This document shows positions 17,598 through 27,679 of a stretch of 64,000 bases of DNA, piece after piece (positions within the stretch are counted from its first letter, which is position 1; every line of letters begins with the position of its first letter). The notes below the pieces were generated by a model, which did no database searches, was not told the origin of the DNA, and was given only the letters and a program-made list of their open reading frames with translations. Origin of the DNA: an uncultured Gammaproteobacteria bacterium. GTDB taxonomy: Bacteria > Patescibacteriota > Patescibacteriia > Magasanikbacterales > UBA922. The position numbers and the translations under genes were made by a program. The DNA lies in assembly GCA_965231005.1 (NCBI GenBank), contig OZ246405.1, positions 949,657 to 1,013,656 on the forward strand, written 5' to 3'.

Positions 17598-19640
17598 TTA
17601 CTTTACTTTTTTAGATGTAGCTCCCACAAAAAGTTTATTTCCATATTCTGAGAACCATGGCACAACAAATCTGAGCATGACGCGTGTGATGGTAATTGCA
17701 GAGAACATACTAAGCAAAATTCCAATAAACAATGTCACAGCAAATCCTTTTACAAAGCTAGAACCAAACCCAATAAGGATAATACATGTAATCAGTGTTG
17801 AAACATTTCCATCTCTAATTGATGACCATGCTCGTACAAATCCTTCTTCAACAGAAGCTTTCAAGCTCTTTCCATCGCGAAGTTCTTCTTTGAGTCGTTC
17901 AAAAATAAGCACATTTGCATCCACTGCCATACCAATAGAAAGGATAAATCCTGCAATTCCTGCGAGTGTAAGTGTCACACCAATAAGTTTGAAAATTGCA
18001 AGTGTAAGCGCAATATACACAGAAAGTGAAATAACAGAAAGCAACCCTGGCAAACGATAATAGAGCAACATGAAAATCATAACAAGTGCCACACCATAAA
18101 TTCCTGCTTTCAAGCTTTTTTCAAGAGATGCTTTTCCAAGAGTCGCACCAATTGCTTGTTGTGAAATAAGTTCAACAGGAACTGGCAATGCACCAGCATT
18201 CAAACGTTGTGAAAGAAGTCGTGCTTCTGCAAGATCAGAATCACCTGTGATAACGGCACGACCATCTCGAATGGCTGTTTGAACAGTTGGAATGCTAATA
18301 GGAGCTCCATCTAAGAAAATAGCAATTGGTTCTCCAATATGACGTTCAGTCAAATCAGCAAATAATTTTTTCCCTTCATCGTCAAATAGAAGCGATACTT
18401 GAATGGCACCACTATTTGGGTCAGTAACAACTTCTGCACGTTCGAGTTGTTTTCCAGAAAGACCAGTAGTCTTCCAAGGTTCAGCTGGTGGTAAAATATC
18501 TGTAGGGGTTTGTTTGTCAAATGTAATCGCAAATATTTCAAATTCACTTGTTTGATCTGGCTTTTTGTAGATAATATGATATCCAAACTGTGTTTCTACT
18601 GGACCGACAATTTCACCAAATTTTGCATCAAATACTGCTTTTTCAAACTGAGGAACCATTGCGCCTCTCCCAAATGATCCAAGATCACCTCCTGTTTGAT
18701 CAGCACCAGTTTCTGTAGAATGTTCTCTTGCCAATGCAGCAAAATTTGTAGCATTTGCTTTTGTAAATATTTCCTTTGCTTTTTCAAATGCTTCTTCTTT
18801 TGTATATTTTGGATTATCACAACTTTGTGCACCAAGATAACAAATAAGAATATGACTAGCAGAGACATAGCTATCAGTTTTTTCAGCAATCCCTCTCTTC
18901 AATATTGCGTAACTGTCTCCCACATCAAGTACTGCTTGTGATATTGCTCCTTCTTCATTAGTAGTTGCCCATTCATAAAACTCAGAATTTTTTATAGGTG
19001 AAACCCATCCAAGAAGACCAGCATTATTTCTAGTTACAGCATCCTCAGAAAATTCGGTTGCAACTGTTGCAAAAGAATCACCTTTTTTCAATTTTTGTAA
19101 GGCATTGTTTGCGCGTTTTTTTACATCGTCATTAAAATCTTTGATGCTTTTTTCTTCCTCTTTTGTTAATTCCCTTGGTGGTTCATTATTTTGTTCTTTA
19201 AATTCCAAAATTGGTGTTTCACCAATCATATTAATTGCTTCATTCACATCTGAAACACCAGGAAGTTCCACAATAATACGATAATCATCACCAACTTTTG
19301 TTGTTTGAACATTTGGCTCACCAATTCCTAATCCATTTACACGACGCTCAATAACATCACGTCCACCTTCTACTGCGGCACCTCGCTCGTTACTTGCAAT
19401 ATTAGTAACGTCTGCTTGGTAGACCAAATGAGCACCACCTTGTAGGTCTAATCCCAATGAGAACTCTTTTTCTGGGAGCAGTGGAATGCCTACGTGTGCA
19501 ACACTTTCAATTTTGCTGAGAACTTTATTTGCAACATGTGGTGCATTATATGAACTTGCTACAAGCAATAATGCAAAAATACCAAAAATACCCCAACGGA
19601 TCTTGGAGCGAATTTGAGCTTGTGTTTTCTTATGAGCCAT
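17598..19640 (-). CDS. secD: protein translocase subunit SecD carrying tandem parvulin-type PPIase-like domains in the periplasmic head
   Basis: 'LGLDLQGG', 'RIIVELPGV', C-terminal SecD TM core; aa ~165-360 contain two PpiC-like repeats ('SASHILI...GGDLGSFGRGAMVPQFEKAVF...GPVETQFGYHII'). Confidence 0.8.
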   Translation of the reverse strand: MAHKKTQAQIRSKIRWGIFGIFALLLVASSYNAPHVANKVLSKIESVAHVGIPLLPEKEFSLGLDLQGGAHLVYQADVTNIASNERGAAVEGGRDVIERRVNGLGIGEPNVQTTKVGDDYRIIVELPGVSDVNEAINMIGETPILEFKEQNNEPPRELTKEEEKSIKDFNDDVKKRANNALQKLKKGDSFATVATEFSEDAVTRNNAGLLGWVSPIKNSEFYEWATTNEEGAISQAVLDVGDSYAILKRGIAEKTDSYVSASHILICYLGAQSCDNPKYTKEEAFEKAKEIFTKANATNFAALAREHSTETGADQTGGDLGSFGRGAMVPQFEKAVFDAKFGEIVGPVETQFGYHIIYKKPDQTSEFEIFAITFDKQTPTDILPPAEPWKTTGLSGKQLERAEVVTDPNSGAIQVSLLFDDEGKKLFADLTERHIGEPIAIFLDGAPISIPTVQTAIRDGRAVITGDSDLAEARLLSQRLNAGALPVPVELISQQAIGATLGKASLEKSLKAGIYGVALVMIFMLLYYRLPGLLSVISLSVYIALTLAIFKLIGVTLTLAGIAGFILSIGMAVDANVLIFERLKEELRDGKSLKASVEEGFVRAWSSIRDGNVSTLITCIILIGFGSSFVKGFAVTLFIGILLSMFSAITITRVMLRFVVPWFSEYGNKLFVGATSKKVK

Positions 19641-19720
19641 AATGTTTTAGATCGAATTTCGAAAATATTGTATCGTACTTGCTATTTTGAGTCAAGGATG
19701 TTCATGCACATAAGTAATAC

Positions 19721-22513
19721 CTATTTCCCATGGCATTTCTTGTACTTTTTTCCACTTCCACAAGGACATGGATCATTTCTTCCAATCTTCTCCCCTGCCT
19801 CATTGCGCTCCTTCTTTTTGATGTGTGCACCTTGTTCACTCATAGTCTTCTTTGCCCCCTCAAGCGTCATCTTGTCAGAAGCCATAACTGTTGGTGCAAG
19901 TTGTAGGCCAATACCAACTTTAAAGAATGAATAGACAACTTCTTTTTGAATATTTGTAAGTAATTGATTGAACATATAAAAACTTTCCTTTTTGTATTCA
20001 ACCAATGGATCGCGTTGTCCATAACCACGAAGTCCAATTCCAGTTCGAAGATAATTCAATGATACAAGATGCTCAACCCACAATGCATCAATTGCTCTAA
20101 GCATGATTGATGTTTCAAATGCTGCAAGCAATCCATCAACATCTTGATCTGGCTCTGCATGTGATTTTACATGTGCTGCAATATTTTCATACTCATTTTT
20201 TGCCTTATCCATTAAGAACGAAACAATTGCTTCTCGAGCTTTTACATCATCAAGTTTTCTATCTCCATCTTTTCTCAAATGTAAGAAAGTTTCTCTTTCT
20301 TCATTTGTAAATGGAAATATTGTTTTCATGGTCTCGTAGATTTCTTTCATATTCCACTCTTTGTCTGTTGCTTGATCTACTTCTTCAATAACTTGTGGAT
20401 TTGTATGATAACTTACAACAAACTCAATTTCACTCTGAATCATCTCCATTATCATATCTGTTGCAGCTGATAAACTTTCCTTTGTCTTTTCATCATCTTT
20501 TGATCCTGCAATTTCCAAAATTGCACGACGTTTTTCATAAATAACTTCTCTGTGTCTATTTAACACATCATCGTAACTCAACAAATGTTTTCTTGTATCA
20601 AAATGCATTGATTCAACTTTTTTCTGCGCATTCTCAAGCATCTTTGTAATCATCTTTTGTTCAATTGGCATGTCATCTGGAACGTTCAGACGTGTCATAA
20701 CTGTTTTCAACCTATCTCCTGCAAAAATACGCATGAGTTCATCGTCTGTTGAAACAAAGAATTGTGTTTCACCTTTATCTCCTTGTCGAGCAGCTCGACC
20801 ACGAAGCTGATTATCAATACGACGTGATTCATGTCGTTCTGTTCCAAGAACAAATAATCCACCGGCGTCAAGCACTTGCTTTTCTACCTCTTTATCAATT
20901 GGACTTCCACCAAGTTTAATATCAACACCACGTCCTGCCATATTTGTTGCAAGAGTGATTGCGCCAGGGCGACCTGCCTGTGCAACAATTTCTCCTTCTC
21001 GTTCATGGTTCTTCGCATTCAATGCTTCATGGTGAATTCCTTGTGCAGTCAAATATTCACTAAGCATTTCATTTTTTTCAACAGAAATTGTACCAACCAA
21101 AATTGGCTGATTCTTTTCTTGACATTCTTTAATTTTCGCAACAACTGCTTTAAATTTTGCTTCTTCTGATTTATATATTCTATCTGGATTATCTATACGA
21201 GCGTCAGGTTTATTTGTTGGAATGACCAATACATCTAACCCATAGATTTTGAAAAACTCTTCTTTTTCTGTTTCAGCAGTACCTGTCATTCCAGACAATT
21301 TTGTATACATGCGGAAAAGATTTTGAAATGTAATCGTTGCAAGTGTTCTACTTTCTCGTTGAATATCAACACCTTCTTTTGCTTCAATTGCTTGGTGCAA
21401 TCCTTCTGAATATCGGCGACCTGGCATTTTTCTTCCTGTGAATTCATCAATAATAACCACTTCATTCTGATCAACAACATAATCCTTATCACGCTTAAAT
21501 AGAACTTCTGCGCGAAGTGCTTGTTCAATATGATGGACAAGACGAATTCCACCTTCAACATAAATATTCTCAACACCAAGCCATCCTTCAAATCGTGAAA
21601 TTCCTTCTTCTGTAAGCGTTGCAGATTTCATTTTCTCATCAACATTGTAATCATCATTTTCTTTTAACTGTTTAACCAACCGTGCAAATTGATAGTATTG
21701 ATCTGCTGCTTCTTCTGCTGGCGCAGAAATAATAAGTGGTGTTCGAGATTCATCAATCAAAATAGAATCAACTTCATCGATGATTGCATAATGCATTTCA
21801 CTTCCGTGCCGCATAACCATATCATCAACCGTCTGGACCATGTTGTCACGAAGATAGTCAAAACCAAACTCATTGTTTGTTCCGTATGTAATATCACACT
21901 GATACACCTCTTGTCGTGCTACTGGACGAAGGTATTCATCTTCAACTTTAAAACTTCCTGTACTATCTCGCTCTTCGTCTGTGTCACCACCTTCTTCCCC
22001 ACCCTTAAATGATGCATCATACACAAAACTAACACGCTGGTTTTGAACAATACCAACAGTCAATCCGAGAAAATCATAAATCTGACTCATCCAAACAGCA
22101 TCACGTTTTGCAAGATAGTCATTAACAGTAATAACATGAACACCTTTTCCTTCAAGTGCATTTAAATACACTGGAAGTGTTGCCACAAGTGTTTTACCCT
22201 CACCAGTTCTCATTTCTGCAATGATTCCTTTGTGAAGTGCAATTCCACCAATAAGTTGAACATCATAATGTCTCATGTTCATAAGACGACGACCTGTTTC
22301 TCGCACAACAGCAAAGGCCTCTGGAAGAATATCGTCCAGTGTTTTTCCATTTTTTAATTGTTCTTTAAATTCTGCCGTTTTTCCTTTTAGTTGATCATCT
22401 GTCAATCCTTTCATCTTTTCTTCCAATGCATTGATTGCATCAACAATTGGCTGAAAGGTTTTCATCTTTTTTTTGTTTTGATCACCAAGGAATTTTTCTA
22501 AGAATTTTGCCAT
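19721..22513 (-). CDS. secA: preprotein translocase ATPase SecA
   Basis: DEAD motor motifs, 'LAGRGVDI', C-terminal Zn finger 'CPCGSGKKYKKCHG'. Confidence 0.9.
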   Translation of the reverse strand: MAKFLEKFLGDQNKKKMKTFQPIVDAINALEEKMKGLTDDQLKGKTAEFKEQLKNGKTLDDILPEAFAVVRETGRRLMNMRHYDVQLIGGIALHKGIIAEMRTGEGKTLVATLPVYLNALEGKGVHVITVNDYLAKRDAVWMSQIYDFLGLTVGIVQNQRVSFVYDASFKGGEEGGDTDEERDSTGSFKVEDEYLRPVARQEVYQCDITYGTNNEFGFDYLRDNMVQTVDDMVMRHGSEMHYAIIDEVDSILIDESRTPLIISAPAEEAADQYYQFARLVKQLKENDDYNVDEKMKSATLTEEGISRFEGWLGVENIYVEGGIRLVHHIEQALRAEVLFKRDKDYVVDQNEVVIIDEFTGRKMPGRRYSEGLHQAIEAKEGVDIQRESRTLATITFQNLFRMYTKLSGMTGTAETEKEEFFKIYGLDVLVIPTNKPDARIDNPDRIYKSEEAKFKAVVAKIKECQEKNQPILVGTISVEKNEMLSEYLTAQGIHHEALNAKNHEREGEIVAQAGRPGAITLATNMAGRGVDIKLGGSPIDKEVEKQVLDAGGLFVLGTERHESRRIDNQLRGRAARQGDKGETQFFVSTDDELMRIFAGDRLKTVMTRLNVPDDMPIEQKMITKMLENAQKKVESMHFDTRKHLLSYDDVLNRHREVIYEKRRAILEIAGSKDDEKTKESLSAATDMIMEMIQSEIEFVVSYHTNPQVIEEVDQATDKEWNMKEIYETMKTIFPFTNEERETFLHLRKDGDRKLDDVKAREAIVSFLMDKAKNEYENIAAHVKSHAEPDQDVDGLLAAFETSIMLRAIDALWVEHLVSLNYLRTGIGLRGYGQRDPLVEYKKESFYMFNQLLTNIQKEVVYSFFKVGIGLQLAPTVMASDKMTLEGAKKTMSEQGAHIKKKERNEAGEKIGRNDPCPCGSGKKYKKCHGK

Positions 22514-22665
22514 AGAATAGGTAAATTATGCCTCGCGATTATATCATAAATATCTTTTGCTGTCTAGCATTGACTTTTTGCTTATTCTTGCTAAAATCCA
22601 AATAGATATCTGGTTTTTTGTAATCGGAAATCACCACATCTCGCTCACAGCCAAAGGAGACCTCA

Positions 22666-23145
22666 ATGTCCAAGACCATCCGAATTGCGATCGCATCTGA
22701 CCACGCTGGCGTGGGAGAGAAAGCTGCTGTGATCCGTGCCCTTGGAATCACTCCAAAAACCATCACGCGAGGACCTGACTACGATGTCAAAGACTTTGGT
22801 CCATCAGAACAAGAGGGGCGCGTAGACTACCCGGCATTCGCAGCCAAGGTCGCAAGAGCAGTTGCGGACGGCACGGTTGACCTGGGCATCCTGATCTGCG
22901 GCACTGGCATTGGCATGTCTATCGCAGCCAACAAGTTTCCTGGCATTCGGGCAGCATTGGCTCACAACGCTACGACTGCCAGACTGGCCCGTGAGCACAA
23001 CAACGCCAACGTACTGTGTCTCGGAGCACGCATGCTCGGCAGGGACCTCATCATCGAGTGCGTCCGTGCTTGGCTCGAGGCCGAGTTTGAGGAACGGCAC
23101 CAACACCGGCTGGACATCATCGCTTCGATCGAGGCTGAAATGTAG
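22666..23145 (+). CDS. rpiB: ribose-5-phosphate isomerase B (RpiB/LacAB family), GC-rich actinobacterial-like
   Basis: 'IAIASDHAG', 'GILICGTGIGMSIAANK', 'ALAREHNNANVLCLG', 'RHQHRLDI'; AAAGGAG SD; ~60% GC. Confidence 0.8.
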   Translation: MSKTIRIAIASDHAGVGEKAAVIRALGITPKTITRGPDYDVKDFGPSEQEGRVDYPAFAAKVARAVADGTVDLGILICGTGIGMSIAANKFPGIRAALAHNATTARLAREHNNANVLCLGARMLGRDLIIECVRAWLEAEFEERHQHRLDIIASIEAEM

Positions 23146-23170
23146 GCCCAGATCTGAACACAAGGAGACA

Positions 23171-23230
23171 AAAAAACCGTGACGAACTTCGGCTTTCACG
23201 CTGAACGTACTCACGGTTTTGTCTTTTTTA
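23171..23230 (+). terminator. GC hairpin terminator after rpiB (ACCGTGA...TCACGGT + T-run)
   Basis: aaaaaaACCGTGA...TCACGGttttgtcttttttaa. Confidence 0.5.
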
Positions 23231-23317
23231 ATTAACACCACCAGCCTCAGGAGCGGAAAATGTATCACTGTTTAGAAATTTTTCATTCATAACATCTTCA
23301 AAGATCCTTTGGATAAA

Positions 23318-23569
23318 CTAATCGCTTCCTGCCTCTATCTGAGAAAGAAATTCTTCAACAGTAAGTTGTTGACCATCCTGCGCTGCTTGTTTTTCCAAAC
23401 GCTCGAATGTTCCAAGAAGAATGGACTGAACATGCACTCGATCAATATTTGCACCTTTTTTCCCTATACCATCAATAATAGTATCTTCAACCTGTCGCAA
23501 CTTTGACTGAAGCTCTGTCACATCTTCTGGACCTGCAACCTTTGGTTGTAGCACTTCTGGATTTGGCAT
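23318..23569 (-). CDS. hypothetical acidic protein, 1 nt downstream of hpf
   Basis: 83-aa ORF co-directional with hpf. Confidence 0.4.
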   Translation of the reverse strand: MPNPEVLQPKVAGPEDVTELQSKLRQVEDTIIDGIGKKGANIDRVHVQSILLGTFERLEKQAAQDGQQLTVEEFLSQIEAGSD

Positions 23570-23570
23570 A

Positions 23571-23918
23571 TTATTCCTCTTGATATTCTTTTGAACTTCT
23601 AATTACTTCTCTATCCTTTGCTCGCATCTTTCCTTTCATTTTTTCAAGCTCAACTTTAAAATGGTCTTTAACTTTATCAATTGCTTTGTACAAATCCTCT
23701 GCTTCTTTTACAACACGCAAATTTTTCTTTGGAACATGCAAATTTGCTTCTGCATAAAATATTTTTCCTTTTTGATGATGGCTTGATTCCATTCCAATTT
23801 CAACATCTGCTTTGATAATATTGTCAAAGTACTTATCTAGCATCCCGATCTTTTCTTCTGCATGTGCTCGCAATGCAGGTGTGAGGTCTGTTCCTTTTGC
23901 ACGAATGTTTATTAACAT
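23571..23918 (-). CDS. hpf: ribosome hibernation promoting factor (RaiA/HPF short form)
   Basis: 'MLINIRAKGTDLTPALRAHAEEKIGMLDKYFD...ADVEI', S30EA family pattern. Confidence 0.75.
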   Translation of the reverse strand: MLINIRAKGTDLTPALRAHAEEKIGMLDKYFDNIIKADVEIGMESSHHQKGKIFYAEANLHVPKKNLRVVKEAEDLYKAIDKVKDHFKVELEKMKGKMRAKDREVIRSSKEYQEE

Positions 23919-23945
23919 AGATTATTAGTTATTAGATATTAGTTA

Positions 23946-24908
23946 CTAAATAATTTGTATTTCTTCTTGCAATGCAAGTTCAAATTTATCATACACGGTT
24001 TCCTTGATTTCCTCAATTAAACTGAGGACATCCTGTGCAGATGCATTTCCTGTGTTTATAATAAAATTTCCATGAACATCACTTACTTGCGCAGCACCTA
24101 CTTTCTTTCCTTTTAATCCTGCTTGCTCGACCAACCATCCTGCTGAAATAATATTTTTTTCCAAAAAATTTTTTACTTTTTCATCTAACACATCAAAATG
24201 TTTTTTAAGAAGCTCTTCTTTTTCTTTATCTAATTCTACATTTTTAAAAATACAACCTGTTGATGCATATCCTTTTGGCTGTGTTTCATTTCTGTATTGT
24301 AAAACATTCAATGCCTTTTTGGCACTCTCTTTGTTTTCAGCTTTTGCCAATGCAAGGATAACACGCAATACAAATCCACCTCCTTTTTTAAAAATACTAT
24401 GACGATATTCAAACTGACATTCTTCGTTTGAATATGTTATAACTTCTCCATCTTTGTATACTTCTACCGATGAAACATTGTCTTTCATTTCAAAGCCAGT
24501 TGCACCAGCATTTCCTCGGACAGCACCACCAATCGTCCCTGGCACACCAACACCCCATTCAAATCCGGTTAGTCCTGCTTTCATACTTTCTTGTGCAACA
24601 GTAACAGTAGATGCTCCAGCACTTGCAGTAAGCGTTGTACCATCAATGTGAATATCATTATCTTTTATTTGAATAACGACTCCGTCAAAACCAGCATCAG
24701 AAACAAGCATATTGCTTCCACCGCCAAGGATCATATAGTCAATCCCCTTTCCATCTAGATATTTGAAAAGTTCAACAAGATTATCTACTGTCTCAACAAT
24801 AATAAAATAGGTGGCTGGTCCACCAATCTTAAACGTAGTATGTTTTGACATTGGTTCATTGAGACGAACCTTTCCAAATTCTTTTATTGTCTTATAGATC
24901 TCATCCAT
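23946..24908 (-). CDS. murB: UDP-N-acetylenolpyruvoylglucosamine reductase
   Basis: 'KHTTFKIGGPATYF', FAD-binding 'ILGGGSNMLVSD', C-terminal MurB domain; start trimmed to MDEIYK. Confidence 0.8.
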   Translation of the reverse strand: MDEIYKTIKEFGKVRLNEPMSKHTTFKIGGPATYFIIVETVDNLVELFKYLDGKGIDYMILGGGSNMLVSDAGFDGVVIQIKDNDIHIDGTTLTASAGASTVTVAQESMKAGLTGFEWGVGVPGTIGGAVRGNAGATGFEMKDNVSSVEVYKDGEVITYSNEECQFEYRHSIFKKGGGFVLRVILALAKAENKESAKKALNVLQYRNETQPKGYASTGCIFKNVELDKEKEELLKKHFDVLDEKVKNFLEKNIISAGWLVEQAGLKGKKVGAAQVSDVHGNFIINTGNASAQDVLSLIEEIKETVYDKFELALQEEIQII

Positions 24909-24951
24909 ATCTCTTCTATCATAGCTCTTTTTTGAGTCATCTGCAAGTTTT

Positions 24952-26190
24952 CTATGACTTCTTGAGCCTCCGCAGGCTCCGCTGATATTTGATAGCAAAT
25001 CGATGCGCTTCATCACGGACACGAACAAAAATATCTTCATGTTTTTTAATAAATGCAAGAACACCTGATTTTGTTGTTCCAAAAATAAACTCATTCTTCT
25101 TTCTTGCAGGTCCTTTTGCAATTCCAATGACTGGAATGGACAATCCAAACGATGCAACAACCTTCTTGGCAGTATTTACCTGTGGTTTTCCTCCATCAAC
25201 AAGAATAATGTCTGGATAGATCCATTCTTGATGCTTTAATCGTCTTTCCAAGACTTCAGCAAGCGCACCAACATCACTCTGTCCTTTGAATGTTTTGATT
25301 TTAAACTTTCTGTATCTATCTTTTCTTGGAACATCATGTTCAAACGCAACCATGCTTCCCACAACTCCTGAAGATCCAAGATTTGAAATATCATATCCTT
25401 CAATCCGAACTGCCCGTTTATAATGCAGTTCTTTTTCAAAAAAAGATTTATTAATAAGTGCAATATCTTGGATGCGTTGCAATGCAGCAATTTGATTTCT
25501 CCGCTTTGCAGCATCTTCAAATTGTTCTTGTTTTGAAAATGCTTTCATTTCCTTTTCAAATGTTTTTACAACATCTTTTTTTCTTCCTTGCAAAAATAAT
25601 GTCAATGGACGAATAATTTTTTGTTTGTATCGGGTTGGAGATATTTCTTTTTTAAATACTCCTTCACACTGCTTCATTTGATAATACATGCATGATTTTT
25701 GTCCTGGCTTGCACGTACAGAAACCAAAAAGTTTGCGAAGAATTCTCAATGTTGCTTTTGCATTGAGACCAGGAAATGGACCAAATAGTTTTGCAAACGT
25801 TTGTTGTCTTTCTTTTGTTGATAATTGTCGAAGTTGATGAGAGCGGATTGTTTCTATACGCGGATATTCATCTTTTGTAATTGCAATATAATTCCAACTT
25901 TTATTATCTTTTCCAAGAACATTATATTTTGGCTCATATTTCTTAATATAAATTGATTCCAAAATAATTGCTTCAAGAACAGAATCTGTTTTCTTAATTT
26001 TTATATCATGAACTTCGTGAATCATTTCTTCAATTGGTCGAGAAGAAGTTTTTCCTGAAAAATACGAACGAACTCTATTTCGAAGCGATGTTGCTTTTCC
26101 TACATATACCAGTGACTTTTTTCTATCATAAAAAAGATAGATCCCTGGAGAATCTGGAAAAGCTTTTATTTTTGCTTTGAGTGATATCAT
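24952..26190 (-). CDS. uvrC: excinuclease ABC subunit C, short form lacking the C-terminal (HhH)2 domain
   Basis: GIY-YIG 'GIYLFYDRKKSLVYVGKATSLRNRVRSYF', UVR domain 'FEDAAKRRNQIAALQ', endonuclease domain ending 'RDEAHRFAIKYQRS'; stop 43 nt before murB. Confidence 0.8.
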   Translation of the reverse strand: MISLKAKIKAFPDSPGIYLFYDRKKSLVYVGKATSLRNRVRSYFSGKTSSRPIEEMIHEVHDIKIKKTDSVLEAIILESIYIKKYEPKYNVLGKDNKSWNYIAITKDEYPRIETIRSHQLRQLSTKERQQTFAKLFGPFPGLNAKATLRILRKLFGFCTCKPGQKSCMYYQMKQCEGVFKKEISPTRYKQKIIRPLTLFLQGRKKDVVKTFEKEMKAFSKQEQFEDAAKRRNQIAALQRIQDIALINKSFFEKELHYKRAVRIEGYDISNLGSSGVVGSMVAFEHDVPRKDRYRKFKIKTFKGQSDVGALAEVLERRLKHQEWIYPDIILVDGGKPQVNTAKKVVASFGLSIPVIGIAKGPARKKNEFIFGTTKSGVLAFIKKHEDIFVRVRDEAHRFAIKYQRSLRRLKKS

Positions 26191-26401
26191 ATACACTTCA
26201 TAGTACATTACTTTAGTACAATTATCCACATATGCTTTGCGAATATAAAAAACTGTGTTAGGATAATTATATGAAACATATTGCAAGAAAAAACATGTAT
26301 TACTACTATAGCTTCCCTGCTAGGTAGTTTTCTTGTGCATAGAGAAATGAAGGCTCCCTAGTAGGGCGCTATTTTTTTATGACATTACTAATTATTACTA
26401 T

Positions 26402-27229
26402 ATGAATTCAATTACAGAACCAAAAGAAATACTTCAAATCCTTGATCTAGATCATCCTGGTGCATCTGACAAGGCTTACAGAAAACGACGAGAACATATT
26501 GCTGAGCAAGCACGAACATTTCGCAATGATCCAGATAATATTCCTCTCATTACATACACAGATGAAGAACATGGTGTTTGGAGTACTGTAAACAAGGTGC
26601 TCAATAAACTCCATCCAGATCGGGCCTGTTCAATGTACATAACAGCAAGAACAAAACTTGATATTTCTGATAGTGTTATTCCTCAAATGAGAGATCTGAG
26701 TCAAAACATTGAACAATTTCATCAATTTCGTCTTGGACCAATAGAAGGACTTGTTGATAGTAGATCATTTCTTTCTCAGCTTGGGAAAAAAAGAATGTTG
26801 TGTACACAGTACATCCGACATAAATCACGACCAACATTTACACCTGAACCAGACATTATTCATGAGTTCATAGGTCATGCACCAATGTTTACGATTAAAG
26901 AAATTGTTGAATTTTCTGAGTTGATTGGGAATGCAGCAGCAACAGCAACCAATGAGCAACTCATTCAACTAGAACGGCTGTACTGGTTTACACTTGAATA
27001 TGGATTAATTGAAGAACAGGGAAAGCGAAAAGCCTTTGGAGCTGGACTTCTTGCAGGAATTGAAGACATGAATAATGCATTTAAAATAAACGCACATATT
27101 AAACCATTTCACGTTGCTGATGTTATTCAAACGGACTACAACTACTCATTTACACAGCCAGTATTCTTTATTCTTCCTTCATTTTCTTTTCTCAGAGATG
27201 AAACAAAAAAATTGATTGATTCATTTTAG
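26402..27229 (+). CDS. biopterin-dependent aromatic amino-acid (phenylalanine) 4-hydroxylase
   Basis: 'PDIIHEFIGHAPMF', 'LERLYWFTLEYGLIEEQGKRKAFGAGLLAGIED' (Fe-binding 2-His-1-Glu core). Confidence 0.75.
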   Translation: MNSITEPKEILQILDLDHPGASDKAYRKRREHIAEQARTFRNDPDNIPLITYTDEEHGVWSTVNKVLNKLHPDRACSMYITARTKLDISDSVIPQMRDLSQNIEQFHQFRLGPIEGLVDSRSFLSQLGKKRMLCTQYIRHKSRPTFTPEPDIIHEFIGHAPMFTIKEIVEFSELIGNAAATATNEQLIQLERLYWFTLEYGLIEEQGKRKAFGAGLLAGIEDMNNAFKINAHIKPFHVADVIQTDYNYSFTQPVFFILPSFSFLRDETKKLIDSF

Positions 27230-27408
27230 TTTTCCACACAAATTCTTGCGAATATAATACTATTGCTGTACAGTACTTATTGTATGAATCACATTGTACG
27301 CACAACAACTACAACTACAAAGACTTTCCAACCGGAGAGGTAGTTGTGTTGTAACAAACAATCAATCAACCACCTCTGCCGAGGTGGTTTTGCATTTGGG
27401 GGGACATA

Positions 27409-27606
27409 ATGGTATATCCGGGTACAGACATCAAAATCCAAAAGGGAGATGCAGTCCATCTCGAGGGTGTCGGAGAAGGGACGATTACCTACGTTGCAAG
27501 ACCAACAGACCACATCCTGGTCACAGTCGAGGTGGGAAGCTACCACAACCTCGATGAGGGGCGGATGAGTGGACTCCGGTTCGTGCGTCGCGGAGCCGCT
27601 GCATAG
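27409..27606 (+). CDS. hypothetical 65-aa protein in GC-rich cassette
   Basis: GGGGGG SD 5 nt before ATG; two leader hairpins upstream (27316-27365, 27371-27392); own terminator downstream. Confidence 0.35.
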   Translation: MVYPGTDIKIQKGDAVHLEGVGEGTITYVARPTDHILVTVEVGSYHNLDEGRMSGLRFVRRGAAA

Positions 27607-27637
27607 CACAAGTGAGGGAGAGAACAACAAGGGGGAA

Positions 27638-27679
27638 AGGGATCGAGCTTCTGGCTGGTCCCTCTTCTTTTTTATTTTA
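27638..27679 (+). terminator. intrinsic terminator of the 27.4-kb cassette (GGGATCG...TGGTCCC + TCTTCTTTTTTATTTT)
   Basis: GC stem with long T-run on plus strand. Confidence 0.5.

Noticed and set aside
22804-23268. 154-aa minus-strand ORF and 22910..23182 plus ORF across rpiB
   Set aside because: Shadow ORFs in GC-rich rpiB; rpiB frame has clear family motifs.
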